A DNA stretch of 64,000 bases from Balanoglossus misakiensis. Taxonomy: Eukaryota > Animalia > Hemichordata. The notes beneath the pieces were generated by a model. That model ran no database searches. It saw nothing but the letters and a program-made list of their open reading frames with translations, and was not told the origin of the DNA. The number at the start of each line of letters is the position of its first letter. Position 1 is the first letter of the stretch. The translations under genes and the position numbers were made by a program. Positions 14,541-27,533 of the stretch are shown piece by piece. Location: assembly GCA_040954595.2 (NCBI GenBank), contig CM082582.2, positions 4,324,303 to 4,388,302 on the forward strand, written 5' to 3'.

Positions 14541-15063
14541 AGTACACGTGCTTGGAAGAAGCCGCCGAAATGTGATTAGAAGGAATTGAAACATTAATTA
14601 AGTCTTCATGCATCTTTGTAGTTAATTAGAGGATACTCATTCTTTCAATTATTATCGGTTTGTTAGAAGAAAAAAAGGCAAATATTAGGATACTGATGTA
14701 ACTAATAAAATCAACATTAAATCATTACATTGAGTCGTCTTCCTTTCATAGCTTCTGCCGTAATTAACGATGTACATTTAAAACACTGGTAAATGTGAAA
14801 AAACTAGATCAAGATTAATTCCAGATATTCTCATAGCCATACTTTTGTTGTTAGGCTACTCTAAAGGTCTGAAAATAAAAATGGCGTCACACTCCTCAAA
14901 AAGCGATTTCAAGTTTTTGAGAGAATGGTTGCATTTTAACGTTGTGAGCGTGAGAACGATTCGGGAGAGTTCACACCTTGGAAATTTAATTACCTACACA
15001 CGTGGCTGAGATTAATTTACATTTAACACTGGCCCACCTTCGCTTCACAATGTCCACAACGAT

Positions 15064-15330
15064 TTACACAATTCCTTCTACAGCGATGCGTTGCCTGGCA
15101 ACTGTATCATACAGATAGGCGACATCATGTGATGAAGGCTTCGAAAGTGGGGGTGGGGGTCGGCATCTCCTTGTCTGACACTGGCAACAAAGAAACCGCT
15201 GGAACAAGCTGACAAATAGAAGAAGCTCATGCTTGGCCCAAAACTCTCCCAAGCACACGCGACGTCCAGCGGAGAATGGAAGAAAGCTCTCGGGCTTGGG
15301 CAGAGAGGTCTTGCCGTTCCCGTCCTGGAT
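15064..15330 (-). pseudogene. Cytochrome P450 (clan 2-like) C-terminal fragment
   Basis: [34 protein letters not shown] contains the heme-thiolate motif FxxGxRxCxG. The reading degenerates after FQRF, and no other P450 exons are recognisable nearby. Confidence 0.75.
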
Positions 15331-15518
15331 GTAATTCATATCATAGTTCTTCCAATGTTTTTCATTCATCCAGCTTAATAACGCGGCAGGTTTAGCACTC
15401 GGTTGTTGTCCACGTTCACAATTTTGGACATTTTCCACTTGGCAATGGAGAGGATCCATGACTTGCCACTTCTGAATGTGTCCTATTTCAGGCATGCGCA
15501 GTGATGCCACAAAGTTCT

Positions 15519-17198
15519 TTATTGGTTGATCTCAACCAAGGGTATATCGTCATCGTCATTGTGAACCTTAAGTTTGGTGTAATCAAATTGTTTGGTAAGG
15601 CCTACACTTCGACAAAAGCACTGACAAATCATGAAAAGTGAAGCTGTCAGATTACTGAAGTGATGTTGACGATTTTCAGTCAATTTCTTATCCCTCTTTC
15701 TTGGCAAAGCCTCCACTAGCTTCTGCCAAAATATCTTCACGTCGCCCTCATTGCCATCTTGCGGCCACTGGACGTGAGTGATGGTGTTCAGGATTGCCTG
15801 TAAACTCGCCCTGATATTTGCCATTCTGGTGATGTCTTCAAACATAATCGGGATGAGTTTCTGTCGGAGGGCAATCATTTCTGTGTGCGCCAAGGCAACT
15901 TCATAGTCGCACCATTCACTCTCCACAAATGCCGGGGACAGAACCAGAATGGTTCGTCGACTTTCCTGGATCGATCTCACTATGTTCTCCACAATGGCTA
16001 CCAAAATGAATTCAGAAAGTTAAACAAAGAAAGATTTAGGACTTCGGCAATATTATTGTTTAGTCAATGATTTTTCCATTCTGTGATAAAGCATAACTGA
16101 TTAATACAGTTTAAAACTAGACGTGGACCAAACAATCACACGTTTTGATGCAAATCATAGGTATCCCATCTCCACATACATTCTTCTAAATATCTTTAGC
16201 TTACCTTCACCTAATAGGAAATCTCTGTGATGAACACAAAGTTTGAAGCCATATTTCTTTTCAAGTGTTGGCAGTAACGTCTTGTAGACGAATTCCTCTT
16301 CTTTTGTGTTTCCTTTCACGGATACAAATGCGTCATAAAGTCTGCCATCTGCATGTGGTGGGAGACGTCAATTTTTACAATGAATAATGTAAAAATGTGT
16401 GCATATAATTCAATAATTCTCGAGTCATAAAACTAATCATTCAGTTAACAATTGAGTAGGAAAGTGTGCAATTGAAATGTGGCCATTTTAAGCAACTACA
16501 ATTCATGCGATTTTCTAAAAATTATGCTTTTTCCAAAATCCCTTTTGGGAAACACCATTTAAGGTTGCGATCATTTAAACACAGGCAGAGGAAATGTTGA
16601 TTAAATTAACAATTTGTTGTTGTCTGCATGATAAAGCTAACACAACCTGCTGTAACAAGTCGGCTTTGTTAAAGTTACCTGTACCTGTTTTGTAATAGTT
16701 TCTGCCAGAAAAAGCGCTATTAACCTTGCACTATTCTCGTATGGTTCAACTTATATTAGGTTTAGGAAGCTCTGATTTCAGCGAAATCGCACAAATTATG
16801 GTAGTACAAATGACTCCAATTGGCTAACCAATCCCTTTGCAGATTAGGAACATCATTTAATTGGTCACATTACAAAAATGGAAATATTTTGAGCTGCAGA
16901 ATGTTCAGAGAGATGCAGCTCATCAATCTCACACAACTGTCTTGTTGTGTTATCTTACCATCGTCTTCATATGGACGGAGCTTGCTGGCAATTACTGTTT
17001 GTATTTCCCTTCTATATCGATATCCCAAATACGGTCCGAGTACACAAATTGTGCACATTACTACACCCAGCACCGAGAGTAGAGTTATCATTCCTCGTGG
17101 AATCATTTCTGTAATGCAACCGAATATCAGAATGGTTAGAACATATATGCAGTACAAATGCTGACTTACAAAATAGATTAGGTCGCAAAATGTACGCG

Positions 17199-17245
<47 letters not shown>

Positions 17246-20200
17246 TGTATGTATGTATGTATGTATGTATGTATGTATGTATGTATGTATGTATGTATGT
17301 ATGTATGTATGTATGTATGTATGTATGTATGTATGTATGTATGTATGTATGTATGTATGTATGTATGTATGTATGTATGTATGTATGTATGTATGTATGT
17401 ATGTATGTATGTATGTATGTATGTATGTATGTATGTATGTATGTATGTATGTATGTATGTATGTATGTATGTATGTATGTATGTATGTATGTATGTATGT
17501 ATGTATGTATGTATGTATGTATGTATGTATGTATGTATGTATGTATGTATGTATGTATGTATGTATGTATGTATGTATGTATGTATGTATGTATGTATGT
17601 ATGTATGTATGTATGTATGTATGTATGTATGTATGTATGTATGTATGTATGTATGTATGTATGTATGTATGTATGTATGTATGTATGTATGTATGTATGT
17701 ATGTATGTATGTATGTATGTATGTATGTATGTATGTATGTATGTATGTATGTATGTATGTATGTATGTATGTATGTATGTATGTACATTGTATGCTTGTA
17801 TGCTTGTCTGTCTGTCTGATGTAGGTAGGTAGGTAAGTAGGTATGTAGGTAGGTGAGTAGGTGGGTACTTCAGGTAATTATTTAGACATTATACCGTTTA
17901 CTGTTATAGTAAATTCACAAATAGCAACATTGTTTCCCTCGTCGATTGCTTTGTATATCACATTGTGATCGCCATATCCAAACATCTGCCCTGGTCGGTA
18001 GTTTGAAGTCACGTTGACGTCATCTGAATTGTCTGAAACTGTGGGTTCTTTCCAAGTTACCCTGTTTCTGTTGACGTTTCCACTTGGCGTAAGTACCATG
18101 TTACTGGGACAGTCGTCGAATACAGGTAACTCTATATCTGTGAATATAGGAATATAAACCGAACTTTCTCATAGAAAAAAGTAACTTAGTGACCAACACG
18201 GATTTGGAAATATTTTTGAAGATTTGTGTGACCAGGGTGACAAAAATGCCCCCAAATACCATTAAGAATTTTAACCGAGAATTTCAAATGAGTTTTCTCA
18301 TTCTCTCTACATTTCATACAATGTTCATTTTTTATCCCATTCCCTACAAACCATGTGACTCTGTGTGCATGTTGTCTGATAGCCATATGTAAGAATCAAG
18401 TCTTTGGACCATTCCTGGAGATGGGTAATTTTACTCACTTGATAATGGGTGGATTGAGTAAGCATATACCAACATTCCCAGCACTTTCCCTAAATATGTG
18501 AGAAATTTGTGTGTGATGATTTACCACCGCCTCTAGAAAAGGCTACTTGAATTATGATGAATTCGAAAGTTGCTCATACACGTAAAGACCCATATAAACC
18601 TATATGAAAATACAATGTAAACATGCATCTACGATCGAACTAACGTAATTGTAATACAGCATGTTGTTAGCTATTTTGGCTCGCTAGATACATGAAAAGA
18701 TACTTAATTTAAATACATTATATGAAACATCACTCAGTTTTGACCACTGGCCCTATTAGCGTAAATGATTGAATTAAAGCTTACCGTTTGAACATCTGGT
18801 ACCGATCCAGCCTGGACGACAAAGGCAGCCGAGATATCTGTCACAGGAAATGCTTTGATCACAATCGCATGTTTCTTGACACGTGGCTCCCCATTTATTC
18901 GGACTACATCCTTTATAGACAAATGACAGCATATACATGTTGGAAACCGGACCTCCTTACAAAATGTACGACAATGTTACTCCACACATGATATTGGAAA
19001 AATTGGAACTTTGCAAGACGTCACGGGGGCAACTTCCATCCCTCTTATAGACAGGAGAGTGAAAAAACTCGCCAAAATGAATAATCGTGGGCAAGTTTTT
19101 ACTCTCATATCATACAAGTGGGATGGAAGTTTTGTGTGGTTGATCATTGATTCACTATATATCCACAACCAGTGTCTTGTATCAAACATAATTAATGAAA
19201 AAGGGGCAGCTGGAGAGAGACTTTGTCCCTTTAATAGTTAAAGTTTTTGATGCAAAAACCAGGGTTGTGAGCAAGCAGTCATAAATGCTTTTCAAAAACT
19301 CGTATTGGCCTTGTGAAATTAAAGTCAGAAACATTAAAAACATGTCCAGTAGTGACAAAATATGATTCACGACAAAGCGTTAATTATGACAAATGAGTGT
19401 CCACATACAGAGGCACCCCACATAAATCATAATTAATGTAATAATTAACTTGATACAATCTTACGATATAGAGGCGTTTCCAGAAATGATTTACAATCTG
19501 TAGAAATGAATTAAACAGTGATATTCCGGTAATATATCAACACCTAGGCCAAAGCAAAGACATATTTAAAACATACCATTGACTACAAGCCTGGCCGTGT
19601 TCCTGGACCGGAGTCTTCGTCCATTTTGTCTATCGAGGACCTCACATTCATACACACCAGAATCTCCGTCCATGGCCCTCCTTACATAGAGAGACGATTG
19701 TCTGTGGTGCAGACACAGTAGAGAGGGAGGAATGATCGTGTCCAAGAACAACAAAAACTAGTGTCAGACACTGTGCTCCCATTTGATCAGTCGTGACATA
19801 CATTTAACGTCTATAACAGTTGGACTAGACTTGGTATGCGTTGCCGAGAGATGTCAGACTGATGCAAATACAAGTAATACGGCTTAATGGTGAGGATTTT
19901 GAAGGATAAGGAATATATTTGAAGCATTTTATTGTGGAAAAAATATGTGAAATTTAGCAGCTCTAGAAGCTTCAATCAAGGCAAAATTAATTAATCGGAA
20001 AAGCATGTTATCGGAACCACGTATTTTGGATTGTCCATGTGTTTCTCATTTAAACGCATGTAAACAGATCATATTGGAACTTATTGCATGGAAAATTGTG
20101 CAAATGTGTACGACGTAGTGTATCCTCATCCGACCGACACCATTATTAGAGCTATCAAACTCTTGATTTGCCATTCTAGTCGTGAGCAGAATTCTTACCC

Positions 20201-23200
20201 ATCATCGTCGACGTGAATGTCAACAGTTTCGCTTTCTTCCACCACTGTCCCATTATGATACCATATCACGCTCTCATCGGTGGCGGCGCTAATGTTGAGG
20301 TTGTAATGAGTACACATCAGGAGTGTATAACCATCATAGCCAACGCTGGTCATGGCTGGAAGGATGTCCACGTATGCGAGAGCTGTAAATGACAAGATAC
20401 ATCGTGTGGGCCAGGATGGGAGCCAACGAGCATGGATCGAGTATTGTAATTCTCACGTGTGACCAGTAATAAACCAGAACTTTGTGTATAAACTCGGAAA
20501 ACCTTTGGTAAGTCTCTGTCCACGAAAGGTTTACGATCTGCCAGGTATCTCTCCCAGTGCGCGAAGATAATGGGTGGAGAAGGAGATGAATAGATTTTAC
20601 ATTCTCAGCCTTCTAACGTGGCCGATTCCCCACAGAAGCCCCGACGAGGTAAACGCCCGAAGGATGAGGTGTAACACTAGCAACTGTGTCGTATGGAACC
20701 TATACGAGCAGCCACAACGAAGACCCCACCCTTTAAATTCAATGTAATACACAAGTTTCATAAGTCCAGCGCCCTCACGCAGCCATCATGAATTTGAACT
20801 CAAAGCGAGGGGGAAATCTCCTTGATGTGATTGGTCAACTTTCCACATTGGCCTCGCTCTGAGTTCAAATTCATTATGGCTGCGCGAAGGCGCTAGACTT
20901 ATGAACAGGGTTATTACCTTGGCAAAATGCGTTAGAAAAAGCATACATGACTTTTCAGGTGGACAAAATCAGTTGAAAGGCACTAGTTGAAGGTGACTTA
21001 CCAACATCACATGCGGGTCCCGCCCAACCCGGATCACATTTGCAGGCCCCGTTAAACGCATGACACGTCCTTGGATGCTTGCAAATACAATCCTTGTCAC
21101 ACTTGAAGCCGTATTTACCCGCTCTGCAACCTGTATCAGCAGAGAATGACCAAACTGTTGTCGTGAATACAAGAAGGCAAATATGTACAAATTCTCATCT
21201 AGGTGAGTTAACTTAATCGCCATCGGTGTCCACGAAGCGCTGGGGAAAAGTTTAATGATTCTTAGTACGTTAGCATCAAACATATACACAGCAACACACT
21301 TTTTATCTGTGACACTCTTACTTTGCAAAGTTATAGACAACGATGCATTAAACAGCACTTATAAGCTACCATAGATACTTGAGTATAGATGGGTTAATTT
21401 TTCCAGAGTTCCCCAATATAATGTTTTACTAACAAACACTGAAATGTGTCAGTTTAGGAATTTGAAACGAAACCATGATAAGTATAGTTTTTCAAAAATG
21501 AAAATTTTGAAAATAAAAGTTAAAATGCGAAAATTGAAATCGATTAAAATTCAATGTATGGGACGACTGTCCTATGTTGCGACATTTGGACCCCTTCTCT
21601 TTGTTTACATTCGTCACGTTTCTGGTAAATGCAGTTAATTCTTGCTACCTCAAACAGGATTTTGCCATAGGTAAGCGAATGAATTCATAATAATAAAATC
21701 TTGCCTTGAGGGCGAATCTCAAATTTCCCTGCGGCGATGTTGCTGTCTGTAATACTATTGATAAACCGGAACGATCCCTGATCATCTTCATTGGTTAATC
21801 CGGTAACTGTCACTGCCATAACTATGTCCTCTTGAGAAACACGTTCAATCATCGCCGCATGGATGTTTGGATTTTCAGTTATAGCACTGTCGTTCTGAAA
21901 ATATAAGGTGAAATTGAACTTTTCATAGTCCTGGATCTTCTCGTGTTCGAGAGAAAAAACACGGTGATCTATATTTAAGAAAAAGATTGCCTATGTCGAC
22001 CTACCTACCTACCTACCTAGGTATGAGGATACATGAGTATCCAAATCATCACGAGATTAAAATGGTGTCGCCCGTCTGCTAAATTGACGTATTTTATCGT
22101 TAAACTCTGTGCCTTAAGTGGCAGCTAATGTTCCATCTTGCGAAGGGTCAAAGCTTTTGAAATACCAATTACATGAACTCATGGGTTATATAGTGTGAGT
22201 TCCATTACATATCCCCTCTCAATATAGGAACTATCATGCCTTACCTTGTCAAAATTTTCTGCCCGAAAATGTAAACCTGCTAATGTCCTAATTTCAATCT
22301 CGTAAACTTGGTGTAATTCTGCACCGCCTTTTGCTGTAGTTGCGAAAAATATTTTCACCACACCTAGGAAAATGACAATTGTGATACATTTTAAAAAGGG
22401 AATGATAACATTGTCATCGTTATCCTCGTGCTTTTGCATAATTTTCCCGTTTTTGCCATTTTTCCCACTTTTCCCGTCGCGTCCTCCTCATGATGTGAAA
22501 TTCTGAAGTTCCCCATCAGCAGTGACTGATATAGGAATACAGCAATTATCAATCAGTCCACAACTTGACCAGACGACCTTGTTCACACTTTCGGTCAACC
22601 CAGTCCTAAGCCCGTTCAACTTACATTCTCCATTGTCAGAATCGACATCAAATAATGAATCAAAGTTCTGTTTGTCCTCGACTGATAAAAACCTCTCCAA
22701 TATCGACTCGTCTCTCGGTATGTCTTCCTGTTGTTTTAAGCGAACATCATACAACACTCTCTAGAAATCAGAAAAAAATCGAACATCATCACTATTCTTG
22801 ATGAAAGCAAATACGTTCAAATATCTTGTAGCAGGTATGCACCTTTCGCTTACTTTGACTTGCAAGCAACTGTGTCGAATGGTCCGATACACGCAGGCGC
22901 AGACGGGACGACACCCACCCTTTCAATTATGAGAACGACGATGACATATTCTGCCACCACGTGGTATTTACGACAATGTCTGTTCAGTGCATGGACGTGC
23001 TCGTCAGACCGGCTCTGAAGGATGCAACTCTAGACTATAGATCGAGATCATGTCAGTCCTTACCAATTGACGTTCATAGGGGCCTGTCCAAGCATTCAAT
23101 GCACACGTTTCATTGTAGAATGGAGGCCAGTTCAGTACATTGTTGATGAGAATAGTTACAACGACAAGACAGTGGGTGGCGTCATCCTGCAATAAAAACC

Positions 23201-24524
23201 AAATTAATGCATCTGGATGAACCCTGGGAGAAGACATGTCCAGGACATCAGCTGAGTTTTCTGGCGTCGAAGTCTTTCATTGATGTATACGTGTGCATAC
23301 GTGTGTATATAAGAAGCAGTCAAACCTCGCATCAACGGTATAGTAAACAACGTATGCAACCTTCGGACACTGAGAAAAAAACATTCAAAAATAGTGAAAC
23401 AAAACGCCTGTAAAGAGGTACCTTTGTTAAGCAGTACGTCCATTGTGAGATTAGAAAGAAGCAAATGACCCGCAGTGTGCAAATCAAATACAGGACAGTG
23501 GAAGACAGGGAATGTGGTTTATTATTGCTTTTGACAGGTGTTCAGAGTGGACCGAATGTATCCGTGAGGTCACTATATCTTATAGGCCTACCTACCTTTT
23601 CAATTCGAATGTGTAGTTCATAACGATTATCTATGTCGTAATCCAAAAGTCCCGCCAAGGAAACCACTCCTGATTTGTCGGCGGCAAATCTGTGATGCTG
23701 TCACGTGACAGGCGTTCAATTAAAACAAAATGAAACAGTTTGAAAGTAAGAAATCAACATTAGACGTCAGAATACCATTCCCATTTCTATGGGTACAAAC
23801 AAAGGACATTTTATCAGTGCCCGAAACTATTTATTGGTAAACAAATGCATGGGATGCTCCATAAAAGCTGTAACTTGTATACTACTTTGTGTACCCACTA
23901 CGGTTTCTGTTTCGAATCGTTATAACAAATAAGATGAAATACTTATTTAGCTTATCAACACAGCCCATCAATGTTGATTGTAATGGAAATTATGTCGTAC
24001 TGAGGCCCCAAAATTGTCAAGCCTTAGAATGATGAACCTTGGACCAGACCGTCAACTCAAAGCATAGGGAGCTCGATCTCCAAAATATATTGGGACTCTG
24101 TAAAGTTGCTGTTGTTGTTGTTGTTGTTGTTGTTGTTGATAATGATAAAAATGAGATATAATCAATAAAAATAAACGTATCGATGGTCTTACCTCATCTC
24201 CCATTTCTATCATGACGTCATTGAAAGTGACATTTTCGCCACCCAGAGACACAACCTCCGTCCCAACAGGGACGTCCTACAAAACGAAACACGGTTATAA
24301 ACTAAGATCATAAAAGAGCATAGTGGCCACAGTAGAATAAACTTGACAACGGGAAAGTTCAACTAAACGCGTCCGAATTCCTTTTGAAATTGCAATGGTT
24401 AAATAACAAAATTGCAACTTGCCTCATTGATTGATTTGGTGAAGTTCCCGGTGTCAGATACGCTTGTTGTTGTACCGAGCTGGAAGAGAATGAAAAGAGC
24501 TTGAACGAATACACACATCTCCAT
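15519..24524 (-). CDS. Cadherin-EGF-Ig-EGF-HYR-TM-TIR receptor, paralog 1 (15 coding exons)
   Basis: Exon 1 24423-24524 ([17 protein letters not shown]...NFTKSINE); cadherin DVPVGT / LLDYD / NVLNWPPF (~24277-23060); three unknown exons (~22760-21706); [18 protein letters not shown] (~21001-21131); Ig (~20198-20384 and ~19576-19700, DSGVYECEV); EGF (~18785-18913); HYR (~17894-18138); TM (~16959-17108); TIR YDAFVS...CVHHRDF (~16205-16348) and SEWCDYE...FW (15519-~15998). Confidence 0.88.
17199..17785. repeat. (TA)n followed by a very long perfect (TATG)n microsatellite, about 570 bp
   Basis: Direct reading; lies in the HYR-TM intron of paralog 1 and produces the spurious YIHT/MYVC ORFs. Confidence 0.98.
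20757..20905. repeat. Foldback/MITE-like element with ~50-bp imperfect arms
   Basis: TTCATAAGTCCAGCGCC...GAATTTGAACTCAAAGCGAGG is mirrored by CCTCGCTCTGAGTTCAAATTC...GGCGCTAGACTTATGAA. Confidence 0.65.
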
Positions 24525-24651
24525 ATCGTCAGTTTGAATGGAGCGTGGGAGTCAGTGAAAAGTGTTCGGTCAGCCAGTCCGGTCGACGTCACAGACATTC
24601 TCTTCGCTCGTATCAACACTATGCAGGAAACATGTGAGCATTATGCAAAAA

Positions 24652-24661
24652 GGGATTTTCC
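24652..24661. promoter_or_regulatory. Candidate NF-kB/Rel site
   Basis: GGGATTTTCC matches GGGRNNYYCC, about 130 bp upstream of the paralog 1 ATG. A single short match could be chance. Confidence 0.25.
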
Positions 24662-27533
24662 GCTGATCGAAAACCCACGCGACCCGACCGAAAGGCATGA
24701 AGACGGCTTTTGAATAATCAGTTTCACTACAGACACACTCGCCACGTCACATCGCTTTCTACTTACACTTTAAACACACAGTTCTCATTTTTGTTCCTTT
24801 ATACACGTATTTATCAAGGTCTTTTCTTAACACATACTGTCAGAAATCAATGTTCTGTAGTATACCATAAATTATGAAATTTATTACTATAATTCAAACG
24901 CTACGTCATAAAAGTAGTAGAGTGTCCCTGTCATACTCCCGTTGTCATGGTTTCTCAAATGCTTTGGAAACGCCAGCCCTGAAAGTGTCTCAAGGTCCAA
25001 TCAAATTTAGTAGAGACGATTGAGTTTATGAATGTCATGGAAATACCTTGAGTCGCCAACGTTTTCCCGGCGATTTTGTGACGTGACTCGGGTAATTACC
25101 CGACGTGAGGTCTGTGACACGCTCTCGGGGTCAATTTTATAATGTGATGTGCTGTGTGTAGGAAGACCTTTCCCAGAAAACAAAAGTGATAATTTTGACT
25201 GCTATGTTTGTTCCCAGTCGATACTCTCCGGAAACTGACATGTACACCGCCGAATAGATTTACGAGGGTGACGTCAGCACTGTGAAATGAGTAAACACGG
25301 AAATACTACGAACAGTTCACAACACTGGTGATACGTAGACTTGAATGTATTTGTACTTTTCAGATGGCAGGAAACCAGGCGTTCATTTCACTGCACTTTG
25401 GACGCGTATCACTATTAAACAGAGAGTTTGGTACTGTACGCCACCAATAAATAAAACTGACCCTAGCTATCTGATCGCAAAGATCACCATTCTCGCGAAT
25501 CAGACAGATACCGCTACATTTAAATAACCGTACGCCTAATAAAATTGCCTCTTTTCTGGAAACGCACGAGCTGTTCCCGTAAAAGGCCTATAGTTTACGA
25601 CGATGAATGCAACCGCGGTTCTTGTTACGGCATTAAGAACGCTATTCTTGGCCGTTGTATTTGTATTTTGTAGAAAGTGAGACACGACAAGCGCAGCACA
25701 ATCAATTTGGCCTCGAGCGATCGCAAAGCACTGTGGTGGCTCAGTCAAACCACAGCATGTCTGTCCGTGACATTGTTATGGTCTTGTCGCGGTTTTCTTC
25801 AGTTGGGATACTGGTTCCAGTCACCTTAGACATTAGCTCTGCGAGGCTGGGCTGTGCTGGTGTAGAGGCATCGCCGTAAGACACATAGCCCTGCCACGCA
25901 GAGCTATCTAGACATGAGGTACGACCTTTCTACATGCTTTGGCAGGTTTCCAAAGATTCAGTGACAGGACGCTCTAATTTCTTTCTTATAAATAGGCCAT
26001 TGACACACTTTCATACTTTTCATGTGGCTGTCTTCCGCCAGGTTAACAAGTACCTCTCCTTTATAGTCAGAAAGAGTTTATGTAACGAGCAAAGTATGCA
26101 ATTATGTTCACGCGACTTCAAATTTACCAACACTTGAAATTTAAGTGAATACCATTGCCCGTGGTAACTCTATGGGGAACATAGTTGTTGCATATACAAT
26201 AGGAAAATGGTGTCTCTTTTATCCCCCGGGTAAACTCTCACTCAAATCTGCTGTACACAACAACACCAGTCCCAGCCACCCTGTAGTGGCAAAAACTGCT
26301 TAGAATAATTATAGCCGCCACATGCGTACCCACAATGCTGACACATCACTATTGTATCCTTGAAAACTGGGAGACTTCTTGTAGTTTTTTCCTGTAATAT
26401 TGTGATATTATATTGTCTGTCAGTAAACTGAGAGTGAACGGGGTTCTTCCAGATTCTTGCATTTACGGAATATCCGCGTAAAAGAATCACATACAGAAAG
26501 GTAGTGCATTTCTTTTTATTGAGAAAAGTGCGCATAGAATACAAACCAGCGAAAAATAAGGGATAAACTATTTGATGTGTAGGAGAGTAAGGGGTGTGCC
26601 ATACGAGGGGAGTCATATTTTGGATTGTACTACTCCGGTCTTCTACGAAATTCAAGGGCCTCTCATTACGTGTTTGTTAGTGACTGTCTTCAGTGTGATA
26701 AAATATAGAAATATTTATTAGTCTGCAGTAACCGGCAGTCACGTGGTCGGCACTGAAGTTTCTTTTCGATTTCAAAACGTGTTAGGTGATTTAACTTCGG
26801 GTTAGTCTTTTAAAGATTTAAATTCAAGTCATGACTCTGCTTGGTTCATAGTATATAGGCTTAGGTTGGTTTTATTAAAAATTGAATAAATTTGCACGGG
26901 TTATAACATTTTCCCAGGCCAGAAGCTAAAAATGTACTTATCCGATTTTCCTGTCACACGTATTCTCAGGTGACATCCGGTCATGGATACTAGAATACAC
27001 CGACCGACAGGCATACAGGCAAAACAAAAGCCCGCCGCGCCGCACCCAGTGTCGGTGAGCTGTCCACGGGACGTGAGTTAACGCAGAAAGTCGGTTTTGA
27101 ATTGCCTGGTCGATTTGTCACGACTCGGTTCCTTGACCCATAAATGGCAACAAAGGCAGCCGCGCCTATAGGCTTGAACCGTCACAATAAAGCGAAACCT
27201 GTGAACTCTGGCTTGGGAAGTGTTTTAAACAAAGCTTACCTCCATCATTTATGAAAATGAACTTTGGCAAAGTTTCCATGTGAAATTATAAAACAGCCAG
27301 AACATTTTGCGCGTAGGTAGAAGTACTGTATGGTCCGACACTTTGTTTGGGGTACTGCACTGCAGCCATTGTATGTTCAAGAAATCAGGTGACGTGATTA
27401 GTTTACTTTTCCATTCGGAGAGATGACGTGTCCAACGAATTGAAACATCGTTCCCAGAAACATTCTTAAACAGCGCCGATATAACGTACTTCAACCCTAT
27501 TCTAAATACACTCAATCAGTTGGCAGAGAAAGC

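Noticed and set aside
15519-16004. Stand-alone bacterial-type TIR defence ORFs (also 34336-34815 and 36139-36669)
   Set aside because: They are terminal exons with AG acceptors, completed by upstream TIR and TM exons; the DNA is eukaryotic.
17012-17832. 200-258 aa ORFs of YIHT/MYVC repeats
   Set aside because: Translations of the (TATG)n microsatellite.
25655-25790. YLYFV...VAQSNH resemblance to paralog 2 exon 6, suggesting a fourth receptor relic
   Set aside because: Spacing differs, there is no matching splice context and no other exons; probably chance, though tBLASTn could retest it.
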